A DNA stretch of 64,000 nt from Burkholderiales bacterium PBB3 (GTDB lineage: Bacteria; Pseudomonadota; Gammaproteobacteria; Burkholderiales; Burkholderiaceae_C), in NCBI GenBank assembly GCA_002256115.1, contig NKIK01000003.1, forward strand, positions 194,280 to 258,279, read 5' to 3'. The notes under the pieces are model-generated. The model ran no database searches. It worked only from the letters and a program-made list of their open reading frames with translations, and had not been told where the DNA came from. Positions 16,382 to 26,459 of this stretch are shown here, one piece after another. The position numbers and the translations under genes were made by a program. Each line of letters starts with the position of its first letter. The first letter of the stretch is position 1.

Positions 16382-18717
16382 GACGCCTCCTTGCTATTCT
16401 TTTAGTAGCTGCTCCCGCACTATCCACGGCCCCAGCAGCGCATTCGGCTAGTTTTTCGGAGGTCAAAGCGGCTTACCAACCGTCGGACACGCTAATTCTG
16501 GACCGCCGAGGGGAGGTGATTCACCGCATCCGCACCGATGCCACGGTGCGCCGTGGCCAGTGGGTGGCCTTGGCGGATGTGTCGCCCGCCTTGCGCACGG
16601 CGCTGGTGTTGAGTGAAGACAAGCGTTTTTACGAACACAGCGGGGTAGATTGGCAAGCCGTGTCCAGCGCGGCCTGGGGCAATCTGTGGAACAGCAAAAC
16701 GCGCGGCGCGTCCACCATCACCATGCAGCTCAGTGGCTTGCTGGATGACGACCTGAAACGCGGTAGCGGCGGGCGCAGCGTGGTGCAAAAGTTGGGGCAA
16801 ACCGTGTCGGCCACGGTGCTGGAGCGGAGCTGGCGCAAAGATCAAATTTTGGAAGCCTACCTGAATCTGGTGCCGCTCAAAGGCGAGCTGGTGGGCATAG
16901 ACGCGCTAAGCCGCACCCTGTTTGGCAAGGCCGCGCACGGCCTGGACAACCGCGAGGCTGCCGTGGCCGCCGCCCTGGTGCGCGCGCCCAATGCCAAAGC
17001 GCCCCAAGTGGTGCAGCGCGCCTGCAGCGTGCTGCAAGCGCTGCAAAAAGCGGGCAATGCAGATTGCGAGGCGCTGGATTTGTTTGTGACTGGTGCGCTC
17101 TCGCGGCGCGACTATGAGGCCAGCAGCGGGCTGGCACCGCATGTGGCGGTGCAGGTGACGAAAGCGCTTCAAGCAGGGCCAGCAAACGGTGGGATTGGGG
17201 AAAGCTCGGCTGCGAAGTTGCCTGCCAAGTTAGTGAGAGCCAGCACCATCATCACGACGACTTTGCGCGCACCCTTGCAGCGCTTTGCCGTGCAAACCCT
17301 GCAAACCCATTTGCGTGAACTCAGTGGCCGCCATTTGGAAGACGCCGCGCTGGTCGTGCTGGACAACGCCGGCGGCGAGGTGCTGGCCTGGGTCGGGTCC
17401 TCCGGGCCACTCAGCCGCGCAGAAGACGTGGACTTTGTCACCGCGCTGCGCCAGCCAGGCTCTACGCTCAAGCCGTTTTTGTATGCGCAGGCGATTGCCG
17501 AGCGGCGCATCACCGCCGCCTCCCTCTTGGAGGACTCGGATGCCCAAATACAGACCAGCGGCGGCCTGTATATCCCGCAAAACTACGACCGCCACTTCAA
17601 AGGCTGGGTATCGACCCGCACGGCGCTAGGCGCATCGCTCAATGTGCCGGCCGTGCGCACGCTGGTCATGGTGTCGCCCGACGCGTTTCAAAAACAACTG
17701 GTGGCGCTGGGCCTGCCGCTGAAGGAAAGCGGCGACTTTTATGGCTACAGCCTGGCGCTGGGCAGCGCCGAGGTGTCGTTGCTGAATCTGAGCAATGCCT
17801 ACCGCGCTTTGGCCAATGGCGGGCGCTACAGCCCCACCCGCCTGACGCTGGCGGCACCCGTGGCTACGCAGCGCAGCACACGCACCCCACTCACTGCAGC
17901 CGCTTTGCCCCCCAGCCGCCAGGTGCTGGACCCGCGCGCGGCATTCATCGTGGGCGATATCTTGAGCGACCCCCTGGCCCGCGCCCGCAGCTTTGGCACC
18001 GACAGCGTGCTGGCCACCCGCGCCTGGACGGCCGTGAAAACCGGCACTAGCAAAGACATGCGCGACAACTGGGCCGTGGGCTACTCCCAGGCCTACACCG
18101 TGGGTGTGTGGGTGGGCAATGCCAGCGGCGCGCCGATGTGGGATGTGAGCGGCACCACCGGCGCGGCACCAATCTGGGCGGCGACGATGAACTACCTGCA
18201 CGCCAAACAGCCCAGCCGCGCGCCCAAGCCACCAGCGGGTGTGGTGCAGGCCGCAGTGCAATTTGCCAACCCCACGCCCGGCGGCGGCGCGGCTTCTGGC
18301 ACCGCAGCCCTGGTTAGCAGCACCGAAGCCGCGCGCCAGGAGTGGTTTATTGCAGGCACACAGCAAAGTGCATTTGCTATGAAAACAGGAGCTTCTCCCG
18401 CACTATCCACGGCCTACAAAGCACATAACACCAGTAACGCCCAAGACAGCGCCAGCGCCCGCATCACCAGCCCCACGCACGGCACCATCATCGCGTTGGA
18501 CCCCGACATCCCCCCCAAAGCCCAACGCCTGAGCTTCAGCGCCGAAGGCAGTGGCCTGCGCTGGAAGATGGACGGCAAAGTATTCGCCAGCGGCAACGCC
18601 GCCCAGTGGCTGCCCTGGCCGGGGCGGCATGTGGTGCAGATTGTGGACAGCAAGGGCAAGGTGCTCGATGAGATCAAACTCGAAGTGCGCGGGGCGGGGG
18701 TGGTGGCTAAGCGATAG
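16378..18717 (+). CDS. pbpC: Penicillin-binding protein 1C (bifunctional transglycosylase/transpeptidase)
   Basis: 'EDKRFYEHSGVD' GT51 motif, 'PGSTLKPF' (SxxK), 'KTGTS' (KTG). The only in-frame start is TTG 16378, which overlaps the hsdR stop. N-terminus uncertain. Confidence 0.85.
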   Translation: MRRLLAILLVAAPALSTAPAAHSASFSEVKAAYQPSDTLILDRRGEVIHRIRTDATVRRGQWVALADVSPALRTALVLSEDKRFYEHSGVDWQAVSSAAWGNLWNSKTRGASTITMQLSGLLDDDLKRGSGGRSVVQKLGQTVSATVLERSWRKDQILEAYLNLVPLKGELVGIDALSRTLFGKAAHGLDNREAAVAAALVRAPNAKAPQVVQRACSVLQALQKAGNADCEALDLFVTGALSRRDYEASSGLAPHVAVQVTKALQAGPANGGIGESSAAKLPAKLVRASTIITTTLRAPLQRFAVQTLQTHLRELSGRHLEDAALVVLDNAGGEVLAWVGSSGPLSRAEDVDFVTALRQPGSTLKPFLYAQAIAERRITAASLLEDSDAQIQTSGGLYIPQNYDRHFKGWVSTRTALGASLNVPAVRTLVMVSPDAFQKQLVALGLPLKESGDFYGYSLALGSAEVSLLNLSNAYRALANGGRYSPTRLTLAAPVATQRSTRTPLTAAALPPSRQVLDPRAAFIVGDILSDPLARARSFGTDSVLATRAWTAVKTGTSKDMRDNWAVGYSQAYTVGVWVGNASGAPMWDVSGTTGAAPIWAATMNYLHAKQPSRAPKPPAGVVQAAVQFANPTPGGGAASGTAALVSSTEAARQEWFIAGTQQSAFAMKTGASPALSTAYKAHNTSNAQDSASARITSPTHGTIIALDPDIPPKAQRLSFSAEGSGLRWKMDGKVFASGNAAQWLPWPGRHVVQIVDSKGKVLDEIKLEVRGAGVVAKR
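16400..16457 (+). repeat. Dispersed repeat, copy 3 (inside the pbpC 5' end)
   Basis: 'TTTAGTAGCTGCTCCCGCACTATCCACGGCCCCAGCAGCGCATTCGGCTAG', translated as '[18 protein letters not shown]'. Confidence 0.8.
18372..18432 (+). repeat. Dispersed repeat, copy 4 (in frame inside pbpC)
   Basis: 'TTTGCTATGAAAACAGGAGCTTCTCCCGCACTATCCACGGCCTACAAAGCAC', translated as 'FAMKTGASPALSTAYKAH'. Confidence 0.8.
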
Positions 18718-18932
18718 ATAGGGCGAAAGAGAAAGTGGCGCGGTTTAATAAACTGCGCCACTTTTGCTGGAAACTGCGCCATTTGAAGCGCTATCGGCGG
18801 CACACATGGGTGTTTGTGTGCGCTTTGGCGTCACACACCCACATCGGGATAATCCACTGAGCACAGCAGGCACTTAGTTTTAAAAGCACTATCTTGCAAC
18901 CCCTTCTAATCAACCAACCCTCCCTCCAAGGC

Positions 18933-20588
18933 ATGTGCCCCATAGCCGAGGCCGTGGATCGGCTCGCCCATGACTCAGATGGCGGTGAACGCGGGGCCGT
19001 TTTCACCCGGCGCGAGGTGGTTGATTTCATGTTGGACTTGGCGGGCTACACACCAGATCGTCCCTTGCACCAGCTGCGACTGTTGGAGCCCTCTTTTGGT
19101 AGCGGGGAGTTTTTGCTGGCGGCGGTAGAGCGGCTGCTAACGGCGTTTCAGGCGGCTGGCAGCGTGGGTGATTTGAGCTCGTGTATTCGGGCCGTGGAGT
19201 TGCACAGCAATACGTTCAATACAACCAAACACATCCTTGAAGTATTGCTTGCGCGCTTCGGCGTCCCCGAGCCAGAAGCCGCCCGCTTGCTAAACACCTG
19301 GCTCATCTCCGGTGACTTTTTACTGTCCCCCCTATCGGGTCAATTTGACTTTGTAATCGGCAACCCACCCTACGTGCGGCAAGAGCTGATACCTGCTGCG
19401 CTGATGCTGGAATATCGCAAGCGCTATGCCACGCTCTACGCCCGGGCCGACCTCTACATTCCTTTTATCGAGCGCTCGCTCGGTCTACTGGCCGACGGCG
19501 GGCAATGCGCGCTGATCTGCGCAGACCGCTGGACCAAAAACCGCTACGGTGCGCCGCTGCGCGCGCTGGTGGCGGGGGGCTTTCATTTGCGAGCCTATGT
19601 GGACATGGTGGACACACCGGCGTTCAGCACGCAGGTCATTGCTTACCCGGCTATCACGTTGATCGCAAAGGCCGCGCCTGGCCCCACGCTGGTGGCCGAG
19701 CGCCCCGCCATAGAGGTTGCCAGCCTCGCACTGCTGGCGCGTGCGCTGCTGCATGGAGTGGCCAACGACTCCCTAGGCATCTCTAGGGTCGATCATGCGA
19801 CCGCAGGCTCGCAGCCTTGGGTGCTGAGTTCTGCGCCCAAGCGCGCGCTGTTGCGCCGACTAGAGGAGCAATTTCCGCTACTGGAAGACGCGGGTTGCAA
19901 GGTAGGCATTGGCGTTGCTACTGGGGCCGACAAGGCTTTCATCGCCAAGATGGATGCACTGGACGTAGAGCCGTTTCGCAAATTGCCACTGGCAACCACT
20001 AAGGACATTGCCAGCGGCCAGGTGCATTGGTTAGGGCTGTGCGTTATCAACCCGTTTGAGGACGATGGCAAGCTGGCAAACTTAGACCATTACCCCAAGC
20101 TGCGCGCCTACCTGGAATCGCATCGCACCTTGATTGCAGGACGGCATGTTGCCAAAAAATCACCCGCCAACTGGTACCGCACCATTGACCGCATCACACC
20201 CGCATTGGCGGCACGCCCCAAGCTGCTGATACCAGATATCAAAGGCTCGGCCCATGTGGTTTATGAGCCCGGCGGTCTTTACCCGCACCACAATTTGTAT
20301 TACGTCGAATCCAACGAATGGGATTTGCGGGCGCTGCAAGCGGTGTTGCTGTCTAGCGTGGCGCGGCAGTTTGTCGCCGCGTATTCAACGACCATGCGGG
20401 GTGGCTATCTGCGGTTTCAGGCGCAATACCTGCGCCGCATTCGATTGCCATCATGGTCGGCGGTGCCCCTAGCCATGCGCGAGCGACTGGTGCGGGCGGC
20501 TGTCGCTTTTGATTTGCCCGAATGCGACCGGGCTGCAGCGGAGCTGTATGGCCTGACTGAAGATGAATCTGCCATGCTGGCGCAATAG
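18933..20588 (+). CDS. Type II N6-adenine DNA methyltransferase (gamma class, TaqI/PaeR7I-like)
   Basis: Start at ATG 18933. '[13 protein letters not shown]' motif I precedes '[11 protein letters not shown]' motif IV; large C-terminal target-recognition region. Confidence 0.8.
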   Translation: MCPIAEAVDRLAHDSDGGERGAVFTRREVVDFMLDLAGYTPDRPLHQLRLLEPSFGSGEFLLAAVERLLTAFQAAGSVGDLSSCIRAVELHSNTFNTTKHILEVLLARFGVPEPEAARLLNTWLISGDFLLSPLSGQFDFVIGNPPYVRQELIPAALMLEYRKRYATLYARADLYIPFIERSLGLLADGGQCALICADRWTKNRYGAPLRALVAGGFHLRAYVDMVDTPAFSTQVIAYPAITLIAKAAPGPTLVAERPAIEVASLALLARALLHGVANDSLGISRVDHATAGSQPWVLSSAPKRALLRRLEEQFPLLEDAGCKVGIGVATGADKAFIAKMDALDVEPFRKLPLATTKDIASGQVHWLGLCVINPFEDDGKLANLDHYPKLRAYLESHRTLIAGRHVAKKSPANWYRTIDRITPALAARPKLLIPDIKGSAHVVYEPGGLYPHHNLYYVESNEWDLRALQAVLLSSVARQFVAAYSTTMRGGYLRFQAQYLRRIRLPSWSAVPLAMRERLVRAAVAFDLPECDRAAAELYGLTEDESAMLAQ

Positions 20589-20614
20589 AACTCAACTACC
20601 AAGAGAAAAAGTCA

Positions 20615-21349
20615 ATGGCACTGGATCTGAGTGACTACGAGAACAAAACCCGAGAGGCCATCAAAACCTTTTGGCAATCCCGCGCCGATGCCACCCAAAA
20701 GCAGAAAGACTCGGGCAAAACCGACCAAGGTGAGCGTGCCGGAGTAACCGGCGGCAAGAACATGGACGGCTTTGTCAATTTGATGATTGATATCGTCAAG
20801 GCCAATGGCCTGCCCCATGCCCAAGTTCACCAGAACCGAGCGATGCTTAGCTTGCCGGGTTACTTGCGCCCCACAAAGCTATGGGATTTGCTGGTGATGA
20901 ACGACGGGTATCTGGTTGCCGCGCTGGAGTTCAAAAGCAATGTCGGCCCCTCGTTTAGCAACAACTTCAACAACCGCACCGAAGAAGCTATCGGCACCTC
21001 GCATGATTTGTGGACTGCCTACCGCGAAGGCGCGTTCGGCAAGCAAACCCGACCGTTCGTGGGCTGGCTGATGGTGGTGGAAGACGCACCCGCTTCACGT
21101 GCTCCGGTCAATGGCAACTCCCCTCATTTCCCGGTGTTTAAAGAATTCATTGGTGCCTCTTATCAAAAGCGCTACGACATCCTGTGCCAGCGCCTGGCGC
21201 TGGAGCAGCTCTACAGCGCCGCAGCGGTCATAGCCACGCCGCGCTCAGCGGTTGCCAACGGTGCTTTCACAGAACTCTCATCCATGACAAGTCTCCGATC
21301 TTTTGTGGCCTCATTGGCCGGGCATATTGCCGCCGAGGCAGCGCGCTGA
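20615..21349 (+). CDS. Putative cognate type II restriction endonuclease (PD-(D/E)xK; XhoI/PaeR7I-like by size and gene order)
   Basis: 244 aa, 26 nt downstream of the methylase. Candidate catalytic 'ND-x8-EFK' in '[20 protein letters not shown]'. Family assignment is from memory only. Confidence 0.5.
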   Translation: MALDLSDYENKTREAIKTFWQSRADATQKQKDSGKTDQGERAGVTGGKNMDGFVNLMIDIVKANGLPHAQVHQNRAMLSLPGYLRPTKLWDLLVMNDGYLVAALEFKSNVGPSFSNNFNNRTEEAIGTSHDLWTAYREGAFGKQTRPFVGWLMVVEDAPASRAPVNGNSPHFPVFKEFIGASYQKRYDILCQRLALEQLYSAAAVIATPRSAVANGAFTELSSMTSLRSFVASLAGHIAAEAAR

Positions 21350-21513
21350 ATCGATATATTTCTCCCGCTACGGGTTAACCCCATATAGCCAAGCTCTGGC
21401 GCTGCACAAAATCATTTCGAATTAATCTGAAGCCTGTTGCCTTACCCCAGCAAGGCCCGGTCGATATGTTTTCAGGTTGGTTTGCTGTCACCTCAACCCA
21501 CCTCGGAGAAACC

Positions 21514-22281
21514 ATGAAAACACTGTTATTGGCCGCAACGCTGTTGACCACGGCCCTGACTTGCGCTTGGGCAGACGACAAAGCCGCCGCCGCCCACGGT
21601 ACCGCCCCGCATTGGAGCTACACCGGCCCAGCGGGTGCCATCAAATGGGGGGAGCTGCAAAAGGACTTTGCCACCTGCAAATTGGGCACCAAACAGTCAC
21701 CCATTGACATCAAAGGCGCGGCCAAAGGTAATCTGCCTGCCATCGGCTTCAACTATGGGCAAACCACCGCAGAAGTCGTCAACAACGGCCACACCATTCA
21801 GGTGAACTTGGCCGGTGGCGGTGATGTGAAAGTCGCCAGCGGCGGCTACAAGCTGCTGCAGTTCCACTTTCATACACCCAGCGAAGAAAAGATCAATGGC
21901 AAGCCCTACCCCATGGTGGCCCACCTGGTGCACAAGAGCGACGCGGGCAAGCTGGCGGTGGTCGCTGTGCTCTTCAAAGAAGGCAAAAAGAATGAGGTGC
22001 TAGAGAAAGTGTTTGCCGCCATGCCCGCCAAAGCCGATGGCAAGGTCGAACTGGCGGGCGGCGTGAATGTGGCGAATTTGTTGCCCACCAAGCGCGCGTA
22101 CTGGGCATTTGAAGGCTCTCTGACCACCCCGCCTTGCAGCGAAGAGGTGCAATGGCATGTGCTCAAAGACCCGGTAGAGATGTCCAAAACCCAGCTCGCG
22201 GCCTTCAAGAAGCTCTACCCCATGAACGCCCGCCCGGTGCAGCCGCTCAATGGCCGCAGCCTGCAGGAAAGCGCCTCCTGA
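21514..22281 (+). CDS. Alpha-class carbonic anhydrase, periplasmic
   Basis: Signal peptide 'MKTLLLAATLLTTALTCAWA'. 'SPIDI', 'QFHFHTPSEE', 'GSLTTPPCSE' alpha-CA signatures. Confidence 0.9.
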   Translation: MKTLLLAATLLTTALTCAWADDKAAAAHGTAPHWSYTGPAGAIKWGELQKDFATCKLGTKQSPIDIKGAAKGNLPAIGFNYGQTTAEVVNNGHTIQVNLAGGGDVKVASGGYKLLQFHFHTPSEEKINGKPYPMVAHLVHKSDAGKLAVVAVLFKEGKKNEVLEKVFAAMPAKADGKVELAGGVNVANLLPTKRAYWAFEGSLTTPPCSEEVQWHVLKDPVEMSKTQLAAFKKLYPMNARPVQPLNGRSLQESAS

Positions 22282-22376
22282 AGGCGTAAGCATTACGGCC
22301 ACCGCTGCACGCCGGGGACGGCGGCGGTGGCCGGGGCATTCGGGTCTATGATTACCAAAAACCAACCGAGAATCCC

Positions 22377-23327
22377 ATGTTTTTTAAGGCACTTTGCCAT
22401 TGGGCCACCCCCCTTAGGCGCACCCTGTTCACACGGGCGGCGCTGCTTACGAGTTTGGCAGCGCTGTCGGCACACGGCGCATTCGCTGCAGACAGTAGCC
22501 CGAATGCTGCTGACTATGATGGCAAAGCCATCGACCGGATTGCCCCGCGTTTTGTGTTGTCGGCCCAGCGCCCGCTCTGGCCCAATGCCCAGATTAATTA
22601 CTACTACAACCCCCAAGACCAACCGGCCGGCATTAGCACCGCCGACATGGAAGGCCTGCTGCGCAGCGCCGCGCGTAAGTGGGAAAACGTCTGCAATGTG
22701 CGGTTTAACTACCTGGGCACCACCGCCGTGCGGCCCAACCTGGCCGCCACCTTTGAGACCACAGACCGCGTAAATGTGGTGGGCTGGGAATTGCTCACGG
22801 GTAGCCAGGCACAGTTCTCGGGCTATGTGTCGTGGTGGTACCAAAACCAGGGCAACGCCATGATTGATGCGGACATGTTCCTCAACATCAGCGGCGGTGC
22901 GCAGTTTGCCCGCAACAAGCCCGGCCTGGGTGCGCTGCTGACGCACGAGATGGGGCACATGCTGGCCATCAGCCACTCCAATGTGCAACAGTCCGTGATG
23001 TTTGCTGAGCCCTACAACGACTTCACCTACCAAGCCACCCTGCGTGGCGACGACGCGGCCGCATGTACCACCATGTATGGTCCCAGCGCAAAAATCGACG
23101 CCAACCGTATCTTTAACTGGACCGAGCAAACCTTCACCCAGTTTTTAAGCCCCGTGGGCTCTACGTCACAAGACCTAGAGGGCTACCACTACCGCTTTTA
23201 CCCTAGCACCAACAGCTACATCGCCGAACGCAATGGGGTTTTGTACTACCTGCCCGTGGGGGGCAGTGTCATCACGCTGGGCACCGTAACGCAGTTCATG
23301 CCATCGGCATCCGGCGCAGGCTTTTGA
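22377..23327 (+). CDS. Secreted metzincin-like zinc metalloprotease
   Basis: Signal peptide; 'LLTHEMGHMLAISH' (HExxHxxxxxH). Confidence 0.6.
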   Translation: MFFKALCHWATPLRRTLFTRAALLTSLAALSAHGAFAADSSPNAADYDGKAIDRIAPRFVLSAQRPLWPNAQINYYYNPQDQPAGISTADMEGLLRSAARKWENVCNVRFNYLGTTAVRPNLAATFETTDRVNVVGWELLTGSQAQFSGYVSWWYQNQGNAMIDADMFLNISGGAQFARNKPGLGALLTHEMGHMLAISHSNVQQSVMFAEPYNDFTYQATLRGDDAAACTTMYGPSAKIDANRIFNWTEQTFTQFLSPVGSTSQDLEGYHYRFYPSTNSYIAERNGVLYYLPVGGSVITLGTVTQFMPSASGAGF

Positions 23328-23436
23328 CCGGCGGCGACACACTCTGCGGTTAGCATGGCAGCACGCCTGACGCACGCGCAGGCGCTCTCGGAAACAGTAG
23401 TAAGTAGCAATCATCAGCAACCAACCAGGAAATACC

Positions 23437-23841
23437 ATGAGCATTTTTAGCAGCATCCTCTCCAAACTCGGCTTTGGCGACAAAAAGGACGACGCAGCCG
23501 CAGTGGCCCCCGCACCGGCGGCGGATACCCCTGTGACCTCGATTGCACCCGTGGCCCCTGCCGCACCCGTCGCTATCAGCGAGGTCGATGTGGTCGCCAA
23601 GCTGACCGCTCTGGCCGCAGCCCATGCCGAAAAATTGAACTGGAAGACCTCCATCGTCGATTTGATGAAGCTCTTGGGCCTGGACAGCAGCCTGGCCGTG
23701 CGCAAAGAATTGGCCACCGAACTGGGCTGCCCCGCAGAGAAGATGGGCGACTCCGCCCAAATGAATATGTGGCTGCACAAAACAGTGCTGCAAAAGCTGG
23801 CAGCCAACGGCGGCAATATCCCAGCGGATATGTTGGACTGA
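23437..23841 (+). CDS. DUF3597-like small protein
   Basis: 'MSIFSSILSKLGFG' N-terminus, Ala/Pro linker, conserved C-terminal 'WKTSIVDLMKLLGLDSS...'. Confidence 0.6.
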   Translation: MSIFSSILSKLGFGDKKDDAAAVAPAPAADTPVTSIAPVAPAAPVAISEVDVVAKLTALAAAHAEKLNWKTSIVDLMKLLGLDSSLAVRKELATELGCPAEKMGDSAQMNMWLHKTVLQKLAANGGNIPADMLD

Positions 23842-23849
23842 GCACCTCC

Positions 23850-24431
23850 ATGCCCGCAGACCTTTTGCGCAGGGCCACGCCGTGGCACAAGGTCTGCGGT
23901 GTCTCTGGGGCCTTGCGCGCCAGCGCCGCCTGCACGCTTGGCGTGGCGCTGATCAGCCTGGTGGGCTGCGCCAGCGCCCCCAGCCTCAACCAAACCCCCT
24001 CCCCCAACAGCGGCACCACAGCCGCCAATGTGCCCAACCCCGTAGGCAAGCTCACCCCCGGCCAGGCCCAGGATGTGACCCTGTACGCCATGACCCTGGT
24101 GGGCACGCCCTACCGCTATGGTGGCAACACGCCCGAGGGCGGCTTTGACTGTAGTGGGCTGATTGGCCATGTGTACCAAACCAATGCCGGTCTGCAGCCC
24201 CCGCGCACTACGGCCAAGCTTCAGTTTTGGGGCAATGCGGTGGCCTTGGAGCAGGTGCGGATGGGGGATTTGGTCGTTTTTTTGAATAGCAACAACACGG
24301 CGAACCACGCGGGTATTTACGTGGGTAGTAATCGCTTTGTGCATGCGCCGTCCACGGGCGGGGTAGTGCGGCTGGATTCCTTGGCTGGCAAGCATTGGGC
24401 TGCGCAGACAGTGGTGGTGCGTCGGCCTTAG
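23850..24431 (+). CDS. NlpC/P60 (C40) peptidoglycan endopeptidase lipoprotein
   Basis: Start at ATG 23850. Lipobox 'LVGC'. 'TPYRYGGNTPEGGFDCSGLIGHVY' catalytic Cys motif and 'HAGIYVG...FVHAP'. Confidence 0.85.
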   Translation: MPADLLRRATPWHKVCGVSGALRASAACTLGVALISLVGCASAPSLNQTPSPNSGTTAANVPNPVGKLTPGQAQDVTLYAMTLVGTPYRYGGNTPEGGFDCSGLIGHVYQTNAGLQPPRTTAKLQFWGNAVALEQVRMGDLVVFLNSNNTANHAGIYVGSNRFVHAPSTGGVVRLDSLAGKHWAAQTVVVRRP

Positions 24432-24626
24432 TTTCGACAAGTGCGCCCGAAGAGCGCGGGCTCGGTGTTGGTGCTGGTGCTGGTCCGCACTGAATACCGT
24501 GCGGAAATTATTTCAAACGCGCGCTGTCGCATTTCACGCCGGAGTCAGGGGCGCGGCAGGTCTGTCGCCGTACTATATCGGGCATGCGTTGTGCGCTCCC
24601 CAAAAACACCCTGAGACACCCCCACC

Positions 24627-25772
24627 ATGACTGTCATTACCACCATTGAAGACCTGCGCGTATTGGCCGAAAAACGCGTGCCACGCATGTTCTATGACTA
24701 CGCCGATTCGGGCTCGTGGACAGAATCGACCTACCGCGCCAATGAGAGCGATTTTCAGAAGATCAAGCTGCGCCAGCGCGTGGCGGTGAACATGGAAAAC
24801 CGCAGCACCGCCACCAAAATGATTGGCATCGACGCCAAGATGCCGGTGGCCATCGCGCCCGTGGGCTTATGCGGCATGCAAAATGCCGATGGTGAAATCA
24901 AGGCAGCCAAGGCGGCCGAGAAATTTGGTATTCCGTTCACGCTGTCGACCATGAGCATTTGCTCGATTGAAGACATTGCCGAGAACACTACAGCGCCCTT
25001 CTGGTTTCAGCTGTACATGATGCGGGACCGCGGTGCCATGGTGAAGATGATTGAACGCGCCCGCGCGGCGCGCTGCAGTGCACTGGTGCTGACGCTGGAC
25101 TTGCAGGTGATTGGCCAGCGGCACAAGGATTTGAAGAACGGACTGACCGCACCGCCTAAGCCGACACTGGCCAACATCATCAACCTGATGACCAAGCCGC
25201 GCTGGTGCCTCGGCATGGCGGGCACCAAGCGCCACACGTTCCGCAATCTGGTCGGGCATGTGGAGGCAGTAAGCAATATGTCGTCGCTGGCGTCGTGGAC
25301 CAATGAGCAGTTTGACCCGCGCCTGTCGTGGTCCGATGTGGCTTGGGTCAAAGAGAAATGGGGCGGCAAGCTGATTCTCAAAGGCATTCAGGATTTGGAA
25401 GACGCGCACCTGGCCGTGGCCAGCGGAGCCGATGCGATTGTGGTCAGCAACCACGGCGGTCGCCAACTGGATGGCGCGCCCAGCAGCATCAGCGCGCTGC
25501 CCGAGATTGCGCAGGCCGTGGGCGACAAGATCGAAGTGTGGATGGATGGCGGCATTCGCAGCGGCCAAGACGTGCTGAAGGCCTGGGCTCTGGGTGCCAA
25601 GGGCACGATGATTGGCCGCGCCATGGTCTACGGCCTGGGTGCGATGGGCGAGGCGGGTGTGACCAAGGCACTGCAGATCATCCACAAAGAGCTAGACATC
25701 ACCATGGCCTTTTGCGGCCACACCAATATTCAAACCGTGGACAAAGGCATCCTGATTGCGGGCACTTACTGA
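24627..25772 (+). CDS. lldD: FMN-dependent L-lactate/alpha-hydroxyacid dehydrogenase
   Basis: Collinear with E. coli LldD: 'MPVAIAPVGLCGM', 'IVVSNHGGRQLDG', 'GGIRSGQDV'. Confidence 0.85.
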   Translation: MTVITTIEDLRVLAEKRVPRMFYDYADSGSWTESTYRANESDFQKIKLRQRVAVNMENRSTATKMIGIDAKMPVAIAPVGLCGMQNADGEIKAAKAAEKFGIPFTLSTMSICSIEDIAENTTAPFWFQLYMMRDRGAMVKMIERARAARCSALVLTLDLQVIGQRHKDLKNGLTAPPKPTLANIINLMTKPRWCLGMAGTKRHTFRNLVGHVEAVSNMSSLASWTNEQFDPRLSWSDVAWVKEKWGGKLILKGIQDLEDAHLAVASGADAIVVSNHGGRQLDGAPSSISALPEIAQAVGDKIEVWMDGGIRSGQDVLKAWALGAKGTMIGRAMVYGLGAMGEAGVTKALQIIHKELDITMAFCGHTNIQTVDKGILIAGTY

Positions 25773-25784
25773 TCGACCGGCCCC

Positions 25785-26309
25785 ATGAACCCTGAAAACT
25801 CCCCCGCTTCCTCAACACCGCCCCAAGGCGTGAGCCCCTGGTGGCGTGCGGGCGCGTACGCACTGTTGGTCGTGCTGGCCACCGGCATTGCCACCACCAT
25901 GAGTTTGTTCGCGCAATTTCAGACGCAGATCGCACATCTGCAAAACCAGCTCACACAAACCGCGCAGATCGCCCACATTGCCGTGCTGCTGGATGACAAA
26001 GCGGCCCCGGCCCTGCTGGTGACTTTTGCGCCGCAAGAAGGGGCTTTGCAATTGCAGCGGCTCAATGCCGTGAAGGAAGGCCGCGAGGACAGCATGCAGC
26101 TCTGGGCGCTGCGCGCGGGTGCTGCACCACAGTCCTTGGGCGTTATCACCAGCAAAGCCGCCACGCTGCGTTTGCCTGCTGCGGCCACGGCACTGCAGGG
26201 CATCGACCAATTGGCCATCAGCGTGGAAGACAGGGGCGGTGTAGACCCGGCGCGTGGGCCGCGTTTGCCGTATCTGTTTCAGGGTGCGTTGGTGAGGAAG
26301 GCTTTGTAG
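25785..26309 (+). CDS. RskA-like (anti-sigma-K C-terminal domain) membrane protein
   Basis: One TM segment, then 'QLWALRAGAAPQSLGVI...LAISVEDRGGV', typical of the RskA domain. No N-terminal zinc-finger anti-sigma domain. Confidence 0.45.
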   Translation: MNPENSPASSTPPQGVSPWWRAGAYALLVVLATGIATTMSLFAQFQTQIAHLQNQLTQTAQIAHIAVLLDDKAAPALLVTFAPQEGALQLQRLNAVKEGREDSMQLWALRAGAAPQSLGVITSKAATLRLPAAATALQGIDQLAISVEDRGGVDPARGPRLPYLFQGALVRKAL

Positions 26310-26370
26310 TTCTGGAGCTAGGTATATGCGCAGGAGCCTGGTCGGCAAAGCGCTCTGCTCCGTGTCCCCC

Positions 26371-26395
26371 GCCCGCTTCGCGGGCTCCTCCTTTT
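26371..26395 (+). terminator. Hairpin terminator candidate between convergent genes
   Basis: GCCCGC-TTC-GCGGGC followed by TCCTCCTTTT. Nested in a larger imperfect palindrome (26345-26359 / 26401-26415). Confidence 0.35.
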
Positions 26396-26459
26396 ACCTA
26401 CGCAGAACACTCTGCCGCCCAAGCTCCCGGGGCCGCGCAGCGCGGGGCGCTAGTTGTGT

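Noticed and set aside
26341-26415. 75-nt imperfect palindrome in the intergenic region as a novel ncRNA or second repeat family
   Set aside because: It lies between convergent genes and contains a GC hairpin plus a T-rich tract, so a bidirectional terminator is the simpler explanation. Only one copy occurs in the window.
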